Assembly (NCBI GenBank): GCA_029004185.1
Contig: JAQUPB010000003.1
Location: forward strand, 1 to 57,153
Length of the DNA: 57,153 nt
Origin: Bacteroidales bacterium
GTDB lineage: Bacteria > Bacteroidota > Bacteroidia > Bacteroidales > JAHJDW01
Reading direction: 5' to 3'
Both the position numbers and the translations under genes were made by a program. A model generated the notes under the pieces. That model saw only the letters and a list, made by a program, of their open reading frames with translations. It was not told the DNA's origin and did not search any database. Shown one piece after another: positions 37,427 to 44,947 of this stretch; positions within the stretch are counted from its first letter, which is position 1; every line of letters begins with the position of its first letter.

Positions 37427-37903
37427 ATGAAACAAAATTTACACAATGAAAAACTGCCTGCCTTGAAATTAATAATTGATGGCAAGCATTATGAATGGCA
37501 TCAGCAATATATTACAGGTGCCGAAGTTAGAAGATTAGGTAACATTCCCCGTGAGGATGAAATCTTTCTTAAAATTAAAGAACCTTGGGAAGATGAACCA
37601 ATAAGTGATGATACCAATGTTGATTTAGCCCGCCCCGGAATAGAACATTTTTTTTCTAAAGTGAAATTCCCTATTACAATTATTGTAAACGGTAGAGAAA
37701 AATCTTGGGGCGAAGAAAAAATTTCATACGAACAAGTTGTAAAACTTGCATTTGAAAACTACGTTGAAAATGCTGCTACTGCCTATACTGTAACGTATGA
37801 CAAAGGGCCTAGGCAAAACCCTGAAGGAACTATGGTTAAAGGTGATAACGTTTTTGTAAAAAATAAAATGAGATTCAATGTTACAGCAACTAATCAATCA
37901 TAG
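37427..37903 (+). CDS. multiubiquitin-type protein (two tandem beta-grasp Ubl domains)
   Basis: Two repeats of the pattern (I/V)I(I/V)(D/N)G+..W....I(T/S)..(E/Q)V..L(G/A): LIIDGKHYEWHQQYITGAEVRRLG and IIVNGREKSWGEEKISYEQVVKLA. C-terminus KNKMRFNVTATNQS. Confidence 0.75.
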   Translation: MKQNLHNEKLPALKLIIDGKHYEWHQQYITGAEVRRLGNIPREDEIFLKIKEPWEDEPISDDTNVDLARPGIEHFFSKVKFPITIIVNGREKSWGEEKISYEQVVKLAFENYVENAATAYTVTYDKGPRQNPEGTMVKGDNVFVKNKMRFNVTATNQS

Positions 37904-39059
37904 TCCTGATTTGAAGCAACTCAGGGATGAAGGGTATGAAATCGAGTATAGTGGTGGATATTTACTTATCCACCACATACCTTATGTAAACAACAATAAA
38001 GAAATAAAACATGGTACATTGGTAAGTGAGCTTACATTAGTTAGTAATACTAAAACAGCTGCACCGGCTAATCATGTTATTTATTTTATAGGGGAACACC
38101 CATGTAACAAGGACGGTAGTATTATTACTTCGATAAAACATACCAGCCAAAATAAAATATTGCATGAGGGAGTTATTATAAATCATTCCTTTTCGAATAA
38201 ACCGGCAAATGGTTATGCTAACTATTATTTTAAAGTTTCGAGGTATGCTGATATTATTTCGGCACAAGCAAAGGCTTTGGATAATAGCGTTACAGAAAAG
38301 ACCTTTAAAGTAGTACACGATAATAAAGAAGATTCGGTATTTCAATATCCTGACACCAATTCAAGTAGAGCAAACATTAATTTAATAAATTCTAAATTTA
38401 ACGAACAAAAGATTGCCATAATTGGATTAGGGGGTACAGGTGCTTATATTTTAGATTTAGTAGCTAAAACTCCAGTACAAGAAATACACTTGTTTGACGG
38501 TGATGTTTTTTTTCAACATAATGCTTTTCGCTCACCGGGTGCGGCTTCAAATGAGCAATTAGACAGAATAATGAAAAAAGTAATTTATTACTCTGAAATA
38601 TATTCTAAAATGCACAAAAATATTATTCCACATATTGAATATATAACAGATGATAATATTAATTGCTTGGATCAAATGTCTTTTGTATTTATATGCGTTG
38701 ATAAAAATAGTGCAAGAAAAATCATTATCGATAATCTTTTAAAAACAAATGTACCTTTTATTGATGTTGGGCTTGGTGTAAATGTTGTTGATGATAAATT
38801 AATAGGAACTTTAAGGGTTACAAATGGTAGCTCTATTAAAAATGACCATTTAATTAATAGAGTTCCAATGGAAGAAAACGATGTTATTAATGAATACGCA
38901 ACCAATATTCAAATAGCCGATTTGAATTCTTTTAATGCATCATTAGCAGTAATTAAATGGAAAAAAATAATCGGATTTTATCAAGATTTAAATAAAGAGT
39001 ATCATTGTTCATATTCAATTAATAATTCTAATTTTATTAATGAAGACATTACGGCATAA
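37878..39059 (+). CDS. ThiF/E1-like adenylyltransferase with an uncharacterised N-terminal domain
   Basis: Rossmann string KIAIIGLGGTGAYILDLVAKT...HLFDGDVFFQHNAFRSPG. Overlaps the Ubl gene by 26 nt. The N-terminal ~170 aa (YLLIHHIPYV...) is unassigned. Confidence 0.85.
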   Translation: MLQQLINHSPDLKQLRDEGYEIEYSGGYLLIHHIPYVNNNKEIKHGTLVSELTLVSNTKTAAPANHVIYFIGEHPCNKDGSIITSIKHTSQNKILHEGVIINHSFSNKPANGYANYYFKVSRYADIISAQAKALDNSVTEKTFKVVHDNKEDSVFQYPDTNSSRANINLINSKFNEQKIAIIGLGGTGAYILDLVAKTPVQEIHLFDGDVFFQHNAFRSPGAASNEQLDRIMKKVIYYSEIYSKMHKNIIPHIEYITDDNINCLDQMSFVFICVDKNSARKIIIDNLLKTNVPFIDVGLGVNVVDDKLIGTLRVTNGSSIKNDHLINRVPMEENDVINEYATNIQIADLNSFNASLAVIKWKKIIGFYQDLNKEYHCSYSINNSNFINEDITA

Positions 39060-39399
39060 ATTTGTTGAGTTGATTCCCGAAAAATTGGAGGATGGTGTTT
39101 TATACATTTCACTTGAATATTGTACAGCCATACACAAATGTGTGTGTGGCTGTGGCAATGAAGTAGTAACTCCAATTTCGCCAACAGATTGGCAAATTTC
39201 TTTTGATGGAAAAACGATTTCCCTATATCCGTCTATTGGCAATTGGAATTTTAATTGTAAATCTCATTATTGGATTATTAATAATAAAATTAAAAATGCC
39301 AGAAAATGGTCAGAAAAAGAAATTAATTCGGGCAGAAAATCAGATAATAAAAAGAAAAATAAATATTACAAGAAGAAACCTTGGTATATTATTTTCTGA
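39040..39399 (+). CDS. DUF6527-like small protein (metal-binding-like CxCGC...CxxH signature, candidate E2/E3-like component)
   Basis: FVELIPEKLEDGVLYISLEYCTAIHKCVCGCGNEVVTPI...LYPSIGNWNFNCKSHYWI. Overlaps the E1 gene by 20 nt. Confidence 0.7.
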   Translation: MKTLRHKFVELIPEKLEDGVLYISLEYCTAIHKCVCGCGNEVVTPISPTDWQISFDGKTISLYPSIGNWNFNCKSHYWIINNKIKNARKWSEKEINSGRKSDNKKKNKYYKKKPWYIIF

Positions 39400-39473
39400 T
39401 TGTAAATAACCGAGAGAATAGTTTCAAAATTTTATTCCGCACTAAAAAGAAGAAATCAAAACTATTGTTTTAT

Positions 39474-39650
39474 TATATAGCTATATATCTATGGCACGCC
39501 GTAAGGATGTAACACCCTATTAAAGCATATATCTGGAAAACAAGGAAAGGTATTTTTCTTGCACGTGAGTTATTCCGGGAATACTAAAACACCGGAGAAA
39601 ATACAGGAAAACAGAAAGAAAGAATTCAAATAATTTTATTCGAGAGTTAC
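39474..39650 (+). repeat. island repeat, copy C (long form). Core at 39557-39604.
   Basis: CTATATATCTATGGCAC...AACACCCTATTAAAGCATATATCTGG...CAAGGAAAGGTATTTTTCTTGCACGTGAGTTATTCCGGGAATACTAAAACACCGGAGAAAATACAGGAAAA. Collinear with copy A. Confidence 0.7.
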
Positions 39651-39666
39651 ATAAGTCCAATGAGAA

Positions 39667-40329
39667 CTACCAAATGTAGGGTATTAATCGATAGCGAGTT
39701 TTTTGACAATACTCAATATAACCAGATAAATCTTTACGCAAAACATTCTCTTCATTCAAAATCCTGAATATAAAAACTATCGGCAAAAATACAAACATTG
39801 TCAATGCCCAGTATGAACCTAATGCTATTGGGGTGAACAAAAACAAAAAAGTCATACCTGTATACATCGGATGGCGAACTATTGCATAGGGGCCTGTTGA
39901 AATAATTTTTTGGTTCTTTTCAACTTCAACAACACGGGACGCATAACTATTCTCTTTGAAAACAAGAAAAACAAAAAAATAACTCAGAAAAACGATAATG
40001 TTTGCTATCACAACGAGAAAAATTGGAACATCAGACCAATTAAAACGATAATCAAAACCCGGAATTATAAAACCAATAAAGAAAGGTATAGTGAATATTT
40101 TTACTATAATTTTTTGTTTTATTTCTTTTTCCTTTCTCTTAAATCTTCGTTCCAAGAGTGCAGGGTCTTTATTAACAAGATAAATTAATGTAGTCATCAT
40201 TGGAATAAAAAGAGTAACTGAATATATCCATGCTTCCCAAAATTTGAATGAACCGGCAGGAAGAAAAAATAGTATACACATAAATACCGGATATAAAACT
40301 ACTACCTTTAATATTAATTTATTTTTCAT
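39667..40329 (-). CDS. isoprenylcysteine carboxyl methyltransferase (ICMT/PEMT) family membrane protein
   Basis: Multi-TM protein with YAIVRHPMYTGMTFLF. Start moved to the internal Met MKNKLILKVV (ATG at 40329). Confidence 0.8.
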   Translation of the reverse strand: MKNKLILKVVVLYPVFMCILFFLPAGSFKFWEAWIYSVTLFIPMMTTLIYLVNKDPALLERRFKRKEKEIKQKIIVKIFTIPFFIGFIIPGFDYRFNWSDVPIFLVVIANIIVFLSYFFVFLVFKENSYASRVVEVEKNQKIISTGPYAIVRHPMYTGMTFLFLFTPIALGSYWALTMFVFLPIVFIFRILNEENVLRKDLSGYIEYCQKTRYRLIPYIW

Positions 40330-40442
40330 ATTTTTTTTATTATTAATTTGTATTGAAGCGATTTTGATAAACTTACCACTAACCTGCTGCTGCTGACGGC
40401 AATGATTTAACGCATACATCTGCTCCGCCTTGACACAAATTT

Positions 40443-40530
40443 ATAAATTATTACTCAATTATCAAATTACTTTTCTCGCGTGAGTTATTTCGGGAAAATT
40501 AAAACACCCAAGGAATACAGAGAAATCCTT
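40443..40530 (+). repeat. island repeat, copy D (short form, most diverged core). Core at 40473-40520.
   Basis: TATAAATTATTACTCAATTATCAAATTACTTTTCTCGCGTGAGTTATTTCGGGAAAATTAAAACACCCAAGGAATACAGAGAAA. Confidence 0.6.
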
Positions 40531-40679
40531 GATTTAACTTGCTTTTTGCCGAAATATTTCGTATATTACAATTAATAAATATAAGCCGTTTTTATTTTAT
40601 TAATAGCAGCATATAGCAACTATCAGGTATTTTTATTTGTCAGATTTTCGAGAACTAATTATTAAATGAATTTTCCGGG

Positions 40680-41426
40680 ATGTTAAGAGCCATTAATGAA
40701 ATATTGAAAGATATAGATGTCTTGAAGAAAGACCTTACAAAGCTTTTGAGAAAATCCGATACCGAAAATATTATACAAAACTTTGAACTTGAAGAAAAAT
40801 ATAATTTCCTGAATGAAGTGATGAATGGAGCCAATGTATTAATACATGTTAATGATATTATTAAAATGAGCCTTGTTTGGGGAAGCGGTAAGTTTAAGGA
40901 AATGCTTGGTTATACTTCCGAGGAACTTATCACAATGGGTTCGGAATACAGCAAAACCCATTACCACCCTGATGACTACAAATTATTAGTTGAAGCTGCT
41001 GAATTTTTCAAACAGGAAAAAGGAACTTCTCATACGTTGATGTATAGAGTAAAACATAAGGACGGCAGTTGGATGCGTTTTATTACAACACGTTCTCTTT
41101 TTAAACGAAAGCCCACCGGAGAGCCATGGTTAGTAATTGCAGTAACAATAAAAACCGATGCCGACATTCATACAAATATATCGATGGATGAAATGAGAAC
41201 AAAAAGCAACCGCAAGAAAAATGCAGATGTAATTGAAAAACTTACAGAAAAAGAATTGATAATTATAAAACACATTGTAACCGGAAAATCCAACAGGGCT
41301 ATTGCAGAAGAATTAGGATTAAGTATTAATACAATAAGTGTTCACCGCAGAAATATATTCGTGAAACTTAAAATAACAAAAACGGCACAACTTGTAAATT
41401 TTGCTACTGATAACGGACTAAATTAA
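40680..41426 (+). CDS. PAS-domain LuxR-family transcriptional regulator
   Basis: Central PAS-like region (LIHVNDI...YRVKHKDGSWMRFIT). C-terminal LuxR HTH LTEKELIIIKHIVTGKSNRAIAEELGLSINTISVHRRNIFVKLKI. Confidence 0.85.
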   Translation: MLRAINEILKDIDVLKKDLTKLLRKSDTENIIQNFELEEKYNFLNEVMNGANVLIHVNDIIKMSLVWGSGKFKEMLGYTSEELITMGSEYSKTHYHPDDYKLLVEAAEFFKQEKGTSHTLMYRVKHKDGSWMRFITTRSLFKRKPTGEPWLVIAVTIKTDADIHTNISMDEMRTKSNRKKNADVIEKLTEKELIIIKHIVTGKSNRAIAEELGLSINTISVHRRNIFVKLKITKTAQLVNFATDNGLN

Positions 41427-41443
41427 AAAAATAAGAGAAAGAA

Positions 41444-42667
41444 TTATTCTTTTATAAACTTGGCAACTTTTACTCCATCTGAATTAAAAACTTTTATAAA
41501 ATAAATCCCGCTTGGCAAGCCGCCAACATTAATTTCTGTTTTATCGGTAAGCCGACAGATTTGCTGTTTTATTACTTCCTCTCCAGTAATATTAAAAACA
41601 GATAAAGTGCTTTCATTTATTAATTGCGATGTTTCTATTGTTATTGTTGTGTTTGCAGGATTCGGATATATTTTCATAGTTTCTTCCCTGCTTTCCTCTG
41701 CAACCCATACAACACCTCCATTTGTGGTTTTTATAATTGTACCGCTAACACCCACAGCATAACCTATATCAGAGTTAGTAAAAAAAACGGAAGTTAACGT
41801 TTCATATCCCACTGTTTCAGATATCCAGTCAACACCTCCATTTGTGGTTTTTATAATTTCATTAGTCCGTAATCCATATACTTTGGTTTCCATTGCACCG
41901 CCTACTGCATATCCTATGCTTTCATTTGTAAAATAAACGGAAGATAATGGTAAATATATATTTTCTGTTTGAATTGTCCAGTTATAGCCTTCGTTTGTTG
42001 TTTTTAGAATTGTACCATTATCGCCTACAGTATATCCTGTATTTGCATTAGTAAAGAAAACAGAATTTAATTGAACTGGTGCTCCACCTATTATCCAAAT
42101 CCATTCAGTGCCGCCATTCGTGGTTTTTAGAATTATACCACCAGCTAATTCACCACCAACAACATATCCTATATTTGTATCAATAAAGAAAACAGAATTT
42201 AAACAAACAATTGTTCCGCTTGTTTGTTTTATCCAGTTAGTGCCGCCATCTGTAGTTTTTACGATCATACCACTATCGCCTACAGCATATCCTGTATCTT
42301 GGGTTGGAAAGTAAACGGAATTTAATTGCTTCGTTGTTCCACTAGTTTGTTGTATCCAATTAATGCCACCGTTTGTGGTTTTTAAAATCGTGCCACTATC
42401 ACCCACAGAATACCCCGTATCTTGAACGGGAAAATAAATGGAATTTAGCCATTTTGTTGTTTCGCCTGTTTGTGGGGTCCAATTAGTACCACCATTTGTG
42501 GTTTTTAAGACAACACCATCACCGCCTACAGCATAACCTGTATTAAGAGCGGAAAAGTAAACAGACATTAAAGGAACAATTGTGCCGCTTACTTGTTGTG
42601 TCCATTGTGCATATGATGTTATATTAAACGATAAAAGGCATACAATAGTAAATGTTATTTTTTTCAT
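41444..42667 (-). CDS. T9SS-secreted BNR/Ycf48-like repeat protein
   Basis: Signal peptide. Repeated KTTNGG(T/I)NW...SV(Y/F)F units. C-terminal IYPNPANTTITIE...GIYFIKV sorting domain. Confidence 0.85.
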   Translation of the reverse strand: MKKITFTIVCLLSFNITSYAQWTQQVSGTIVPLMSVYFSALNTGYAVGGDGVVLKTTNGGTNWTPQTGETTKWLNSIYFPVQDTGYSVGDSGTILKTTNGGINWIQQTSGTTKQLNSVYFPTQDTGYAVGDSGMIVKTTDGGTNWIKQTSGTIVCLNSVFFIDTNIGYVVGGELAGGIILKTTNGGTEWIWIIGGAPVQLNSVFFTNANTGYTVGDNGTILKTTNEGYNWTIQTENIYLPLSSVYFTNESIGYAVGGAMETKVYGLRTNEIIKTTNGGVDWISETVGYETLTSVFFTNSDIGYAVGVSGTIIKTTNGGVVWVAEESREETMKIYPNPANTTITIETSQLINESTLSVFNITGEEVIKQQICRLTDKTEINVGGLPSGIYFIKVFNSDGVKVAKFIKE

Positions 42668-42705
42668 TAGTTTGTTTTTTTAATAAAGCGAAACTTATCA
42701 ATTTG

Positions 42706-43503
42706 CTATTCTTTAAATATTTTCTCAATATAAACAGCTTTGTTACTAATAATCCTCACAAAGTACATACCACTTGGCAATCTGCTCACATCAAGTTCTA
42801 TTTTTGTCTGTATAATTTGCTGTTTTATTACTTCCTCTCCGGTTATATTAAAAACAGACAAAGTGCTTTTTGTTGTTGTTTGCGGGAGTTCTATTGTTAT
42901 TGTTGTGTTTGCAGGATTAGGAAAAATTGAAAAACTTTTATTAATTTTATAATAGTCCATATTGTTTATTATGCTTCCAGCAATAATTGGATTAATATCA
43001 TAAGCATAATCTTTTATTTTAAACCAAGTTGCATCAATGGCAACATCAATTCTAACCCATCCAAAATATACAATACCATTTGCAATCAATTTAAGACCTA
43101 AACATTTATCTGTCTGTCCTAAAAATGATCCTGAGTTAGAACATGAAGAGAAGCAGCTATTAAAATAATCTGCAAGACATGCATTACCGGAAAGCCATGA
43201 TGTATTATATCCAATACTATCATTGATATTATACGCTTTAACAAATGCACACGTTTCTACCCAGTAAAATGAAACAAAGCAACTATCGTGTAAGCAATTA
43301 ATATAAACAGATTTGCAACAACAACTACTATCACCAATTATTTTAATTTTAAAATCAACAATTCCATCTCCATTTAAATCCGAATCATAATAACCTCCTA
43401 CAGTTGATATTATTGTGTCGGGTACTATATCAACATATATTATAGTTGCGTTTATTGCATTTATTGCAAACAATGCAATCAATAATATGTATAATTTTTT
43501 CAT
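42706..43503 (-). CDS. T9SS-secreted protein, unknown function
   Basis: Signal peptide MKKLYILLIALFAINAINA. Its CTD IFPNPANTTITIE...LSVFNITGEEVIKQQI is almost identical to the CTD of the upstream gene. Confidence 0.75.
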   Translation of the reverse strand: MKKLYILLIALFAINAINATIIYVDIVPDTIISTVGGYYDSDLNGDGIVDFKIKIIGDSSCCCKSVYINCLHDSCFVSFYWVETCAFVKAYNINDSIGYNTSWLSGNACLADYFNSCFSSCSNSGSFLGQTDKCLGLKLIANGIVYFGWVRIDVAIDATWFKIKDYAYDINPIIAGSIINNMDYYKINKSFSIFPNPANTTITIELPQTTTKSTLSVFNITGEEVIKQQIIQTKIELDVSRLPSGMYFVRIISNKAVYIEKIFKE

Positions 43504-43553
43504 ATTAAAAGCTTTATTTTATTACTACTTTTTTACCTTAAACTTGAACTTCT

Positions 43554-44783
43554 TTATTTCTTCACAAACCTTTTAACCTCTATCATTTTATCATCGTAAA
43601 GTTTTATGAAATATATTCCTTTATCCATGGCTGAAATATTAATTGTTGATTTCTTTTCTATAATTCCCCTATATAGAGTTTGGCCAACAATATTTAATAT
43701 TTCAAACTTTTGTCTTTCATTTGAATTATACGTTTCTATTATTAATCTGTTAGTAGCTGGGTTGGGATATATTTTTATTTCCCACTTTATTTCTTTTTCA
43801 TTAATTCCATTGCAATCTTTAACCAAAACAACTACCGTATCTGTTGTGATGCTTGAATAAATTGTATCTATTGCAGTGCCTGTGTAAACAGTATCTGCAA
43901 AGCTTACCGTAAGAACATAAGTAGTGGTAACTGTTGGGAATGCTTTTGGCTTTGCTGTGTTCGCATTATCTATTCCAGTTACAGGTGACCACTGGTATCT
44001 ACAAAAACTTAAATTATGCGTTCCCAACAGAACGGTATCCTTATCTATACACATTGTGGTATCTTTGCCTGCATTTGCTGTAATATCATATGCTGACACA
44101 TCATCTATGTAATAATATGCCGATGCACTAAGCCATGCTCCTGCATTCACAAGCAAGGTATCCGACAAGCTATCTGTTTTGAAATTTCCTATTGTTATAT
44201 ATTGCTCTCCTCCGTGTGCTTTATATATACCACTTATTTTTACCCAATTTACAGTATCAGTTAATTTGTTTTCTTCTGTATTTTTAATTTGAGTAAATAG
44301 AGGTAAAACATCGTAGGAGTTTTCATGGATAAGAGTATCAGATATATGCGCTCCTATTGAACTTATCGCATATTCAGATTTGTCAGCCAAATTCACATAA
44401 AAACGTATGTAATAATATTTATTTATTTGTAAATTATTTGCAAATTTTGTTTCAATATACTCACGAACATTTTTCTGCGTTTTCATAAAGGGGATACCAT
44501 AAAATCCAGCAAAACAAATGCCTGTTTTAGGTATTTGATAACCACAAATTGAATTTGGTGTGCTTTGATTTCCTATGCAATTTCCATTAAAATAATCCGC
44601 TGGTAAAAGATAATTTGGTATCGGACTTATCCAATATTTTGCATATTCAATTTGTCCATGTGCAAATGGGCATTTAACAGAATCCTCAAAACTCCAATTA
44701 TTAATTAAATTATAATTTTGGTTCTGTGCTCTTAATAATACACTTGAAATAATAAATAATATCAATAAAATTAATTTTTGCAT
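43554..44783 (-). CDS. T9SS-secreted protein, unknown function
   Basis: Signal peptide MQKLILLILFIISSVLLRAQ. C-terminal IYPNPATNRLIIE...GIYFIKLY. Confidence 0.75.
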   Translation of the reverse strand: MQKLILLILFIISSVLLRAQNQNYNLINNWSFEDSVKCPFAHGQIEYAKYWISPIPNYLLPADYFNGNCIGNQSTPNSICGYQIPKTGICFAGFYGIPFMKTQKNVREYIETKFANNLQINKYYYIRFYVNLADKSEYAISSIGAHISDTLIHENSYDVLPLFTQIKNTEENKLTDTVNWVKISGIYKAHGGEQYITIGNFKTDSLSDTLLVNAGAWLSASAYYYIDDVSAYDITANAGKDTTMCIDKDTVLLGTHNLSFCRYQWSPVTGIDNANTAKPKAFPTVTTTYVLTVSFADTVYTGTAIDTIYSSITTDTVVVLVKDCNGINEKEIKWEIKIYPNPATNRLIIETYNSNERQKFEILNIVGQTLYRGIIEKKSTINISAMDKGIYFIKLYDDKMIEVKRFVKK

Positions 44784-44947
44784 TTGCTTTTTTCAATTTT
44801 GCAAATTTATTTTAATTTTTGTTTGTTCCATATTATAAAAGACAATATTTTACTCTATTCTGTTGCAATGAATAAAAAAAACTGCCCATATATTAACAAA
44901 ATATATAAGCAGCTTTATAATTCAATTTAAAAGCATTAACTTAAATT

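Noticed and set aside
32362-40530. Possibility that the repeated intergenic elements form a CRISPR array.
   Set aside because: The spacing is 0.9-4 kb and irregular. The repeats are 90-170 nt long and diverged, the 'spacers' are whole genes, and no cas genes are present.
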